A stretch of 64,000 bases of DNA, taken from the NCBI GenBank assembly GCA_964016885.1, contig OZ024744.1, forward strand, positions 135,842,001 through 135,906,000, written 5' to 3'. A program made the position numbers and the translations under genes. The stretch's first letter is position 1. The number at the start of each line of letters is the position of its first letter. This DNA is from Eledone cirrhosa (lineage: Eukaryota). The notes under the pieces are model-generated. The model was not told the origin of the DNA. It saw only the letters and a list, made by a program, of their open reading frames with translations, and searched no databases. This document shows, in pieces, positions 40,241 to 53,945 of this stretch.

Positions 40241-41345
40241 AACTGAGAGAGAAACTAGTTATAAGAGGAATCAGATGTAGGAGAGGTGATTGTGTGTGTA
40301 TAGACAGGGGATGTGTATAGATGAACTGAGAGAGAAACTAGGTTTAACAGGAATCAGATGTAGTGTGTAGGAGAGGAGACTGTGTTGGTATAGACATGTG
40401 ATGTGTATGGATGAACTGAGAGAGAAACTAGGTATAAGAGGAATCAGATGTAGTGTGTAGGAGAGGTGACTGTGTTAGTATAGACATGTGATGAACTGAG
40501 AGAGAAACTAGGTATAAGAGGAATCAGATGTAGTGTGTAGGAGAGGAGACTGTGTTGGTATAGACATGTGATGAACAGAGATGAACTGAGAGAGAAACTA
40601 GGTATAAGAGGAATCAGATGTAGTGTGTAGGAGAGGAGACTGTCTTTCTATAGACATGTGATGTGTATAGATGAATTGAGAGAGAAACTAGGTATAAGAG
40701 GAATCAGATGTAGTGTGTAGGAGAGGAGACTGTTTGTATAGACATGTGATGTGTATGGATGAACTGGGAGAGAAACTAGGTATAAGAGGAATCAGATGTA
40801 GGAGAGGAGACTGTGTTTGTATAGACATGTGATGTGTATGGATGAACTGAGAGAGAAACTAGGTTTAAGAGGAATCAGATGTAGGAGAGGAGACTGTGTT
40901 AGTAGAGACATGGAATGTGTATGGATGAACTGAGAAAGAAACTAGGTATAAGACGAATCAGATGTAGGAGAGGAGACTGTTAGCATAGACATGGGATGTG
41001 TATGGATGAACTGAGAGAGAAACTAGGTATAAGAGGAATCAGATGTAGGAGAGGAGACTGTGTTGGTATAGACATGTGATGTGTATGGATGAACTGAGAG
41101 AGAAACTAGGTATAAGAGGAATCAGATATAGTGTGTAGGAGAGGAGACTGTGTTGGTATAGACATGTGATGTGTATAGATGAACTGAGAGAGAAACTAGT
41201 TATAAGAGGAATCAGTTGTAGGAGAGGTGATTGTGTGGGTATAGACAGGGGATGTGTATAGATGAACTGAGAGAGAAACTAGTTATAAGAGGAATCAGTT
41301 GTAGGAGAGGTGATTGTGTGGGTATAGACAGGGGATGTGTATAGA

Positions 41346-44300
41346 TGAACTGAGAGAGAAACTAGGTTTAAAAGGAATCAGATGTAGTGCGTAGGAGAGG
41401 AGACTGTGTTGGTATAGACATGTGATGTGTATGGATGAACTGAGAGAGAAACTAGTTATGAGAGGAATCAGATGTAGTGTGTAGGAGAGGTGACTGTGTT
41501 AGTATAGACATGTGATGTGTATAGATGAAGTGAGAGAGAAACTAGGTATAAGAAGAATCAGATGTAGTGTGTAGGAGAGGAGACTGTTTGTATAGACCTG
41601 TGATGTGTATGGATGAACTGAGAGAGAAACTAGGTATAAGAGGAATCAGATGTAGTGTGTAGGAGAGGAGACTATTTGTATAGACATGTGATGTGTATGG
41701 ATGAACTGAGAGAGAAACTAGGTATAAGAGGAATCAGATGTAGGAGAGGACACTGTGTTGGTATAGACAGGGGATGTGTATGGATGAACTAAGAAAGAAA
41801 CTATGTATGACAGGAATCAGATGTAGTGTGTAGGAGAGGAGACCGTGTTTGTATAGACATGGGATGTGTATGGATGTACTGAGAGAGAAACTAGGTATAA
41901 GAGGAATCAGATGTAGTTTGTAGGGGAGGAGACTGTGTTTGTATAGACATGGGATGTGTATGGATGAACTAAGAAAGAAACTATGTATAACAGGAATCAG
42001 ATGTAGTGTGTAGGAGAGGAGACTGTGTTGGTATAGACATGTGATGTGTATGGATGCACTAAGAGTGAAACTAGGTATAAGAGGAATCAGATGTAGTGTG
42101 TAGGAGAGAAGACTGTGTTTGTATAGACACGGGATGTGTATGGATGAACTGAGAGAGAAACTAGGTATAAGAGGAATCAGATGTAATGTGTAGGATAGGA
42201 GACTCTGTTTGTATAGACATGGGATGTGTATGGATGAACTGTGAGAGAAACTAGGTATAAGAGGAATCAGATATAGGAGAGGAGACTGTGTTGGTTTAGA
42301 CATGTGATGTGTATGGATGAACTGAGAGAGAAACTAGGTATAAGAGGAATCAGATGTAGGAGAGGAGACTGTGTTGGTATAGACATGTGATGTGTATGGA
42401 TGAACTGAGAGAGAAACTAGGTATAAGAGGAATCAGATATAGGAGAGGAGACTGTGTTGGTTTAGACATGTGATGTGTATGGATGAACTGAGAGAGAAAC
42501 TAGGTATAAGAGGAATCAGATGTAGGAGAGGAGACTGTGTTGGTATAGACATGTGATGTGTATGGATGAACTAAGAAAGAAACAATGTATAACAGGAATC
42601 AGATGTACTGTGTAGGAGAGGAGACTGTGTTGGTATAGACATGTGATGAACTGAGAGAAAAACTATGTATAAGAGGAATCAGATGTAGTGTGTAGGAGAG
42701 GAGACTGTGTGGGTATAGACATGTGATGTGTATGGATGAGCTGAGAGATAAACTAGGTATAAGAGGAATCAGATGTAGTGTGTAGGAGAGGTGACTGTGT
42801 TAGTATAGACATCTGATGAACTGAGAGAGAAACTAGGTATAAGAGGAATCAGATGTAGTGTGTAGGAGAGGAGACTGTGTTGGTATAGACATGTGATGAA
42901 CAGAGATGAACTGAGAGAGAAACTAGGTATAAGAGGAATCAGATGTAGTGTGTAGGAGAGGAGACTGTGTTGGTATAGACATGTGATGAACAGAGATGAA
43001 CTGAGAGAGAAACTAGGTTTAAGAGGAATCAGATGTAGGAGAGGAGACTGTGTTTGTATAGACATGTGATGTGTATGGATGAACTGAGAGAGAAACTAGG
43101 TTTAAGAGGAATCAGATGTAGGAGAGGAGACTGTGTTAGTAGAGACATGGAATGTGTATGGATGAACTGAGAAAGAATCTAGGTATATGAGGAATCAGAT
43201 GTAGGAGAGGAGACTGTTAGTATAGACATGGGATGTGTATGGATGAACTGAGAGAGAAACTAGGTATAAGAGGAATCAGATGTAGGAGAGGAGACTGTGT
43301 TGGTATAGACATGTGATGTGTATGGATGAACTGAGAGAGAAACTAGGTATAAGAGGAATCAGATATAGTGTGTAGGAGAGGAGACTGTGTTGGTATAGAC
43401 ATGTGATGTGTATAGATGAACTGAGAGAGAAACTAGTTATAAGAGGAATCAGATGTAGGAGAGGTGATTGTGTGTGTATAGACAGGGGATGTGTATAGAT
43501 GAACTGAGAGAGAAACTAGGTTTAACAGGAATCAGATGTAGTGTGTAGGAGAGGAGACTGTGTTGGTATAGACATGTGATGTGTATGGATGAACTGAGAG
43601 AGAAACTAGGTATAAGAGGAATCAGATGTAGTGTGTAGGAGAGGTGACTGTGTTAGTATAGACATGTGATGAACTGAGAGAGAAACTAGGTATAAGAGGA
43701 ATCAGATGTAGTGTGTAGGAGAGGAGACTGTGTTGGTATAGACATGTGATGAACAGAGATGAACTGAGAGAGAAACTAGGTATAAGAGGAATCAGATGTA
43801 GTGTGTAGGAGAGGAGACTGTCTTTCTATAGACATGTGATGTGTATAGATGAATTGAGAGAGAAACTAGGTATAAGAGGAATCAGATGTAGTGTGTAGGA
43901 GAGGAGACTGTTTGTATAGACATGTGATGTGTATGGATGAACTGGGAGAGAAACTAGGTATAAGAGGAATCAGATGTAGGAGAGGTGATTGTGTTGGTAT
44001 AGACATGGGATGTGTATAGATGAACTGAGAGAGAAACTAGGTTTAAGAGGAATCAGATGTAGGAGAGGAGACTGTGTTTGTATAGACATGTGATGTGTAT
44101 GGATGAACTGAGAGAGAAACTAGGTTTAAGAGGAATTAGATGTAGTGTGTAGGAGAGGAGACTGTGTTGGTATAGACATGTGATGTGTATGGATGAACTG
44201 AGAAAGAAACTAGGTATAAGACGAATCAGATGTAGGAGAGGAGACTGTTAGTATAGACATGGGATGTGTATGGATGAACTGAGAGAGAAACTAGGTATAA

Positions 44301-47300
44301 GAGGAATCAGATGTAGGAGAGGAGACTGTGTTGGTATAGACATGTGATGTGTATGGATGAACTGAGAGAGAAACTAGGTATAAGAGGAATCAGATATAGT
44401 GTGTAGGAGAGGAGACTGTGTTGGTATAGACATGTGATGTGTATAGATGAACTGAGAGAGAAACTAGTTATAAGAGGAATCAGATGTAGGAGAGGTGATT
44501 GTGTGGGTATAGACAGGGGATGTGTATAGATGAACTGAGAGAGAGACTAGGTTTAACCGGAATCAGATGTAGTGTGTAGGAGAGGAGACTGTGTTGGTAT
44601 AGACATGTGATGTGTATGGATGAACTGAGAGAGAAACTAGGTATAAGAGGAATCAGATGTAGTGTGTAGGAGAGGAGACTGTGTTGGTATAGACATGGGA
44701 TGTGTATGGATGAAGTGAGAGGGAAACTAGGTAGGAGAAGAATCAGATGTAGTGTGTAGGAGAGGAGACTGTTTGTATAGACATGTGATGTGTATGGATG
44801 AACTGAGAGAGAAACTAGGTATAAGAGGAATCAGATGTAGTGTGTAGGAGAGGAGACTGTGTTGGTATAGACATATGATGTGTATGGATGAAGTGAGAGA
44901 GAAACTAGGTATGAGAAGAATCAGATGTAGTGTGTAGGAGAGGAGACTGTTTGTATAGACATGTGATGTGTATGGATGAACTGAGAGAGAAACTAGGTAT
45001 AAGAAGAATCAGATGTAGTGTGTAGGAGAGGAGACTGTTTGTATAGACATGTGATGTGTATGGATGAACTGGGAGAGAAACTAGGTATAAGAGGAATCAG
45101 ATGTAGGAGAGGTGATTGTGTTGGTATAGACATGGGATGTGTATAGATGAACTGAGAGAGAAACTAGGTTTAAGAGGAATCAGATGTAGGAGAGGAGACT
45201 GTGTTTGTATAGACATGTGATGTGTATGGATGAACTGAGAGAGAAACTAGGTTTAAGAGGAATCAGATGTAGGAGAGGAGACTGTGTTAGTAGAGACATG
45301 GAATGTGTATGGATGAACTGAGAAAGAAACTAGGTATAAGACGAATCAGATGTAGGAGAGGAGACTGTTAGCATAGACATGGGATGTGTATGGATGAACT
45401 GAGAGAGAAACTAGGTATAAGAGGAATCAGATGTAGGAGAGGAGACTGTGTTGGTATAGACATGTGATGTGTATGGATGAACTGAGAGAGAAACTAGGTA
45501 TAAGAGGAATCAGATATAGTGTGTAGGAGAGGAGACTGTGTTGGTATAGACATGTGATGTGTATAGATGAACTGAGAGAGAAACTAGTTATAAGAGGAAT
45601 CAGATGTAGGAGAGGTGATTGTGTGGGTATAGACAGGGGATGTGTATAGATGAACTGAGAGAGAAACTAGGTTTAACAGGAATCAGATGTAGGAGAGGAG
45701 ACTGTTTGTATAGACATGTGATGTGTATGGATGAACTGAGAGAGAAACTAGGTATATATAGGAATCAGATGTAGTGTGTAGGAGAGGAGACTGTGTTGGT
45801 ATAGACATGTGATGTGTATGGATGAACTGAGAGAGAAACTAGGTATAAGAGGAATCAGATGTAGTGTGTAGGAGAGGAGACTGTGTTGGTATAGACATGG
45901 GATGTGTATGGATGAAGTGAGAGGGAAACTAGGTATAACAGGAATCAGAGGTAGTGTGTAGGAGAGGAGACTGTGTTGGTATAGACATGTGATGTGTAAT
46001 GATGAACTGAGAGAGAAACTAGGTATAAGAGGAATCAGATGTAGTGTGTAGGATAGGAGACTGTGTTGGTATAGACATGTGATGTGTATGGATGAAATGA
46101 GAGAGAAACTAGGTATAAGAGGAATCAGATGTAGTGTGTAGGAGAGAAGACTGTGTTTGTATAGACATGGGATGTGTATGGATGAAGTGAGAGGGAAACT
46201 AGGTATAAGAAGAATCAGATGTAGTGTGTAGGAGAGGAGACTGTTTGTATAGACATGTGATGTTTATGGATGAACTGAGAGAGAAACTAGGTATAAGAGG
46301 AATCAGATGTAGTGTGTAGGAGAGGAGACTGTGTTGGTATAGGCATGTGATGTGTATGGATAAACTGAGAGAGAAACTAGGTATAAGAGGAATCAGATGT
46401 AGTGTGTAGGAGAGGAGACTGTGTTGGTATAGACATATGATGTGTATGGATGAAGTGAGAGAGAAACTAGGTATGAGAAAAATCAGATGTAGTGTGTAGG
46501 AGAGGAGACTGTTTGTATAGACATGTGATGTGTATGGATGAACTGAGAGAGAAACTAGGTATAAGAAGAATCAGATGTAGTGTGTAGGAGAGGAGACTGT
46601 TTGTATAGACATGTGATATGTATGGATGAACTGGGAGAGAAACTAGGTATAAGAGGAATCAGATGTAGGAGAGGTGATTGTGTTGGTATAGACATGGGAT
46701 GCGTATAGATGAACTGAGAGAGAAACTAGGTTTAAGAGGAATCAGATGTAGGAGAGGAGACTGTGTTTGTATAGACATGTGATGTGTATGGATGAACTGA
46801 GAGAGAAACTAGGTTTAAGAGGAATCAGATGTAGGAGAGGAGACTGTGTTAGTAGAGACATGGAATGTGTATGGATGAACTGAGAAAGAATCTAGGTATA
46901 TGAGGAATCAGATGTAGGAGAGGAGACTGTTAGTATAGACATGGGATGTGTATGGATGAACTGAGAGAGAAACTAGGTATAAGAGGAATCAGATGTAGGA
47001 GAGGAGACTGTGTTGGTATAGACATGTGATGTGTATGGATGAACTGAGAGAGAAACTAGGTATAAGAGGAATCAGATATAGTGTGTAGGAGAGGAGACTG
47101 TGTTGGTATAGACATGTGATGTGTATAGATGAACTGAGAGAGAAACTAGTTATAAGAGGAATCAGATGTAGGAGAGGTGATTGTGTGTGTATAGACAGGG
47201 GATGTGTATAGATGAACTGAGAGAGAAACTAGGTTTAACAGGAATCAGATGTAGTGTGTAGGAGAGGAGACTGTGTTGGTATAGACATGTGATGTGTATG

Positions 47301-50300
47301 GATGAACTGAGAGAGAAACTAGGTATAAGAGGAATCAGATGTAGTGTGTAGGAGAGGTGACTGTGTTAGTATAGACATGTGATGAACTGAGAGAGAAACT
47401 AGGTATAAGAGGAATCAGATGTAGTGTGTAGGAGAGGAGACTGTGTTGGTATAGACATGTGATGAACAGAGATGAACTGAGAGAGAAACTAGGTATAAGA
47501 GGAATCAGATGTAGTGTGTAGGAGAGGAGACTGTCTTTCTATAGACATGTGATGTGTATAGATGAATTGAGAGAGAAACTAGGTATAAGAGGAATCAGAT
47601 GTAGTGTGTAGGAGAGGAGACTGTTTGTATAGACATGTGATGTGTATGGATGAACTGGGAGAGAAACTAGGTATAAGAGGAATCAGATGTAGGAGAGGTG
47701 ATTGTGTTGGTATAGACATGGGATGTGTATAGATGAACTGAGAGAGAAACTAGGTTTAAGAGGAATCAGATGTAGGAGAGGAGACTGTGTTTGTATAGAC
47801 ATGTGATGTGTATGGATGAACTGAGAGAGAAACTAGGTTTAAGAGGAATTAGATGTAGTGTGTAGGAGAGGAGACTGTGTTGGTATAGACATGTGATGTG
47901 TATGGATGAACTGAAAAAGAAACTAGGTATAAGACGAATCAGATGTAGGAGAGGAGACTGTTAGTATAGACATGGGATGTGTATGGATGAACTGAGAGAG
48001 AAACTAGGTATAAGAGGAATCAGATGTAGGAGAGGAGACTGTGTTGGTATAGACATGTGATGTGTATGGATGAACTGAGAGAGAAACTAGGTATAAGAGG
48101 AATCAGATATAGTGTGTAGGAGAGGAGACTGTGTTGGTATAGACATGTGATGTGTATAGATGAACTGAGAGAGAAACTAGTTATAAGAGGAATCAGATGT
48201 AGGAGAGGTGATTGTGTGGGTATAGACAGGGGATGTGTATAGATGAACTGAGAGAGAAACTAGGTTTAACCGGAATCAGATGTGGTGTGTAGGAGAGGAG
48301 ACTGTGTTGGTATAGACATGTGATGTGTATGGATGAACTGAGAGAGAAACTAGGTATAAGAGGAATCAGATGTAGTGTGTAGGAGAGGAGACTGTGTTGG
48401 TATAGACATGTGATGTGTATGGATGAAGTGAGAGAGAAACTAGGTATGAGAAGAATCAGATGTAGTGTGTAGGAGAGGAGACTGTTTGTATAGACATGTG
48501 ATGTGTATGTATGAACTGGGAGAGAAACTAGGTATAAGAGGAATCAGATGTAGGAGAGGTGATTGTGTTGGTATAGACATGGGATATGTATAGATGAACT
48601 GAGAGAGAAACTAGGTTTTAGAGGAATCAGATGTAGTGTGTAGGAGAGGAGACTGTGTTGGTATAGACATGTGATGTGTATGGATGAAGTGAGAGAGAAA
48701 CTAGGTATGAGAAGAATCAGATGTAGTGTGTAGGAGAGGAGACTGTGTTTGTATAGACATGTGATGTGTATGGATGAACTGAGAGAGAAACTAGGTTTAA
48801 GAGGAATCAGATGTAGTGTGTAGGAGAGGAGACTGTGTTGGTATAGACATGTGATGTGTATGGATGAAGTGAGAGAGAAACTAGGTATGAGAAGAATCAG
48901 ATGTAGTGTGTAGGAGAGGAGACTGTGTTTGTATAGACATGTGATGTGTATGGATGAACTGAGAGAGAAACTAGGTTTAAGAGGAATCAGATGTAGGAGA
49001 GGAGACTGTGTTAGTAGAGACATGGAATGTGTATGGATGAACTGAGAAAGAAACTAGGTATAAGACGAATCAGATGTAGGAGAGGAGACTGTTAGTATAG
49101 ACATGGGATGTGTATGGATGAACTGAGAGAGAAACTAGGTATAAGAGGAATCAGATGTAGGAGAGGAGACTGTGTTGGTATAGACATGTGATGTGTATGG
49201 ATGAACTGAGAGAGAAACTAGGTATAAGAGGAATCAGATATAGTGTGTAGGAGAGGAGACTGTGTTGGTATAGACATGTGATGTGTATAGATGAACTGAG
49301 AGAGAAACTAGTTATAAGAGGAATCAGATGTAGGAGAGGTGATTGTGTGGGTATAGACAGGGGATGTGTATAGATGAACTGAGAGAGAAACTAGGTTTAA
49401 CAGGAATCAGATGTAGTGTGTAGGAGAGGAGACTGTGTTGGTATAGACATGTGATGTGTATGGATGAACTGAGAGAGAAACTAGGTATAAGAGGAATCAG
49501 ATGTAGTGTGTAGGAGAGGAGACTGTGTTGGTATAGACATGTGATGTGTATGGATGAAGTGAGAGAGAAACTAGGTATGAGAAGAATCAGATGTAGTGTG
49601 TAGGAGAGGAGACTGTTTGTATCGACATGTGATGTGTATGTATGAACTGGGAGAGAAACTAGGTATAAGAGGAATCAGATGTAGGAGAGGTCATTGTGTT
49701 GGTATAGACATGGGATGTGTATAGATGAACTGAGAGAGAAACTAGGTTTAAGAGGAATCAGATGTAGGAGAGGAGACTGTGTTTGTATAGACATGTGATG
49801 TGTATGGATGAACTGACAGAGAAACTAGGTATAAGAGGAATCAGATATAGGAGAGGAGACTGTTAGTATAGACATGGGATGTGTATGGATGAACTGAGAG
49901 AGAAACTAGGTATAAGAGGAATCAGATGTAGGACAGGAGACTGTGTTGGTATAGACAGGGGATGTGTATGGATGAACTAAGAAAGAAACTATGAATAACA
50001 GGAATCAGATGTAGTGTGTAGGAGAGGAGACTGTGTTTGTATAGACATGTGATGTGTATGGATAAACTGAGAGAGAAACTAGTTATAAGAGGAATCAGAT
50101 GTAGGAGAGGTGATTGTATGGGTATAGACAGGGGATGTGTATGGATGAACTGAGAGAGAAACTAGGTTTAACAGGAATCAGATGTAGCGTGTAGGAGAGG
50201 AGACTGTGTTGGTATAGACATGTGATGTGTATGGATGAACTGAGAGATAAACAAGGTAAATGAGGAATCAGATGTAGTGTGTAGGAGAGGAGACTGTGTT

Positions 50301-53300
50301 GGTATAGATATGTGATGTGTATGGATGAACTGAGAGATAAACAAGGTAAAAGAGGAATCAGATGTAGTGTGTAGGAGAGGAGACTGTGTTGGTATAGAGA
50401 TGTGATGAACTGAGATAAACAAGGTATAAGAGGAATCAGATGTAGTGTGTAGGATAGGAGACTGTGTTTGTATAGACATGGGATGTGTATGGATGAACTG
50501 AGAGAGAAACTAGGTATAAGAGGAATCAGATATAGGAGAGGAGACTGTGTTGGTATAGACATGTGATGTGTATGGATGAACTGAGAGAGAAACTAGGTAT
50601 GAGAGGAATCAGATGTAGGAGAGGAGACTGTGTTGGTATAGACATGTGATGTGTATGGATGAACTGAGAGAGAAACTAGGTATAAGAGGAATCAGATGTA
50701 GGAGAGGAGACTGTGTTGGTATAGACATGTGATGTGTATGGATAAACTGAGAGAGAAACTAGGTATATATAGGAATCAGATGTAGTGTGTAGGAGAGGAG
50801 ACTGTTTGTATAGACATGTGATGTGTATGGATGAACTGGGAGAGAAACTAGGTATAAGAGGAATCAGATGTAGGAGAGGTGATTGTGTTGGTATAGACAT
50901 GTGATGTGTATAGATGAACTGAGAGAGAAACTAGTTATAAGAGGAATCAGATGTAGGAGAGGAGACTGTTTGTATAGACATGTGATGTGTATGGATGAAC
51001 TGAGAGAGAAACTAGGTATATATAGGAATCAGATGTAGTGTGTAGGAGAGGAGACTGTGTTGGTATAGACATGTGATGTGTATGGATGAACTGAGAGAGA
51101 AACTAGGTATAAGAGGAATCAGATGTAGTGTGTAGGAGAGGAGACTGTGTTGGTATAGACATGTGATGTGTATGGATGAAGTGAGAGAGAAACTAGGTAT
51201 GAGAAGAATCAGATGTAGTGTGTAGGAGAGGAGACTGTTTGTATAGACATGTGATGTGTATGTATGAACTGGGAGAGAAACTAGGTATAAGAGGAATCAG
51301 ATGTAGGAGAGGTGATTGTGTTGGTATAGACATGGGATGTGTATAGATGAACTGAGAGAGAAACTAGGTTTAAGAGGAATCAGATGTAGGAGAGGAGACT
51401 GTGTTAGTAGAGACATGGAATGTGTATGGATGAACTGAGAGAGAAACTAGGTATAAGAGGAATCAGATGTAGGAGAGGAGACTGTGTTGGTATAGACATG
51501 TGATGTGTATGGATGAACTGAGAGAGAAACTAGGTATAAGAGGAATCAGATGTAGTGTGTAGGAGAGGAGACTGTGTTGGTATAGACATGTGATGTGTAT
51601 GGATGAACTGAGAGAGAAACTAATTATAAGAGGGATCAGATGTAGGAGAGGTGATTGTTTGGGTATAGACATGGGAGGTGTATAGATGAACTGAGAGAGA
51701 AACTAGGTTTAACAGGAATCAGAGGTAGTGTGTAGGAGAGGAGACTGTGTTGGTATAGACATGTGATGTGTAATGATGAACTGAGAGAGAAACTAGGTAT
51801 AAGAGGAATCAGATGTAGTGTGTAGGATAGGAGACTGTGTTGGTATAGACATGTGATGTGTATGGATGAAATGAGAGAGAAACTAGGTATAAGAGGAATC
51901 AGATGTAGTGTGTAGGAGAGAAGACTGTGTTTGTATAGACATGGGATGTGTATGGATGAAGTGAGAGGGAAACTAGGTATGAGAAGAATCAGATGTAGTG
52001 TGTAGGAGAGGAGACTGTTTGTATAGACATGTGATGTTTATGGATGAACTGAGAGAGAAACTAGGTATAAGAGGAATCAGATGTAGTGTGTAGGAAAGGA
52101 GACTGTGTTGGTATAGGCATGTGATGTGTATGGATAAACTGAGAGAGAAACTAGGTATAAGAGGAATCAGATGTAGTGTGTAGGAGAGGAGACTGTGTTG
52201 GTATAGACATATGATGTGTATGGATGAAGTGAGAGAGAAACTAGGTATGAGAAAAATCAGATGTAGTGTGTAGGAGAGGAGACTGTTTGTATAGACATGT
52301 GATGTGTATGGATGAACTGAGAGAGAAACTAGGTATAAGAAGAATCAGATGTAGTGTGTAGGAGAGGAGACTGTTTGTATAGACATGTGATATGTATGGA
52401 TGAACTGGGAGAGAAACTAGGTATAAGAGGAATCAGATGTAGGAGAGGTGATTGTGTTGGTATAGACATGGGATGCGTATAGATGAACTGAGAGAGAAAC
52501 TAGGTTTAAGAGGAATCAGATGTAGGAGAGGAGACTGTGTTTGTATAGACATGTGATGTGTATGGATGAACTGAGAGAGAAACTAGGTTTAAGAGGAATC
52601 AGATGTAGGAGAGGAGACTGTGTTAGTAGAGACATGGAATGTGTATGGATGAACTGAGAAAGAATCTAGGTATATGAGGAATCAGATGTAGGAGAGGAGA
52701 CTGTTAGTATAGACATGGGATGTGTATGGATGAACTGAGAGAGAAACTAGGTATAAGAGGAATCAGATGTAGGAGAGGAGACTGTGTTGGTATAGACATG
52801 TGATGTGTATGGATGAACTGAGAGAGAAACTAGGTATAAGAGGAATCAGATATAGTGTGTAGGAGAGGAGACTGTGTTGGTATAGACATGTGATGTGTAT
52901 AGATGAACTGAGAGAGAAACTAGTTATAAGAGGAATCAGATGTAGGAGAGGTGATTGTGTGTGTATAGACAGGGGATGTGTATAGATGAACTGAGAGAGA
53001 AACTAGGTTTAACAGGAATCAGATGTAGTGTGTAGGAGAGGAGACTGTGTTGGTATAGACATGTGATGTGTATGGATGAACTGAGAGAGAAACTAGGTAT
53101 AAGAGGAATCAGATGTAGTGTGTAGGAGAGGTGACTGTGTTAGTATAGACATGTGATGAACTGAGAGAGAAACTAGGTATAAGAGGAATCAGATGTAGTG
53201 TGTAGGAGAGGAGACTGTGTTGGTATAGACATGTGATGAACAGAGATGAACTGAGAGAGAAACTAGGTATAAGAGGAATCAGATGTAGTGTGTAGGAGAG

Positions 53301-53945
53301 GAGACTGTCTTTCTATAGACATGTGATGTGTATAGATGAATTGAGAGAGAAACTAGGTATAAGAGGAATCAGATGTAGTGTGTAGGAGAGGAGACTGTTT
53401 GTATAGACATGTGATGTGTATGGATGAACTGGGAGAGAAACTAGGTATAAGAGGAATCAGATGTAGGAGAGGAGACTGTGTTTGTATAGACATGTGATGT
53501 GTATGGATGAACTGAGAGAGAAACTAGGTTTAAGAGGAATCAGATGTAGGAGAGGAGACTGTGTTAGTAGAGACATGGAATGTGTATGGATGAACTGAGA
53601 AAGAAACTAGGTATAAGACGAATCAGATGTAGGAGAGGAGACTGTTAGCATAGACATGGGATGTGTATGGATGAACTGAGAGAGAAACTAGGTATAAGAG
53701 GAATCAGATGTAGGAGAGGAGACTGTGTTGGTATAGACATGTGATGTGTATGGATGAACTGAGAGAGAAACTAGGTATAAGAGGAATCAGATATAGTGTG
53801 TAGGAGAGGAGACTGTGTTGGTATAGACATGTGATGTGTATAGATGAACTGAGAGAGAAACTAGTTATAAGAGGAATCAGTTGTAGGAGAGGTGATTGTG
53901 TGGGTATAGACAGGGGATGTGTATAGATGAACTGAGAGAGAAACT
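41346..53945 (+). repeat. Second large tandem duplication: copy of 28681-41280 at offset 12665 bp
   Basis: ORF pairs 29069/41734, 30104/42769, 35879/48544, 37430/50095 and 38798/51463 are offset by 12665. So are the markers GTCTTTC (40642/53307) and CAGTTGTAGG (41216/53881). Confidence 0.93.
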
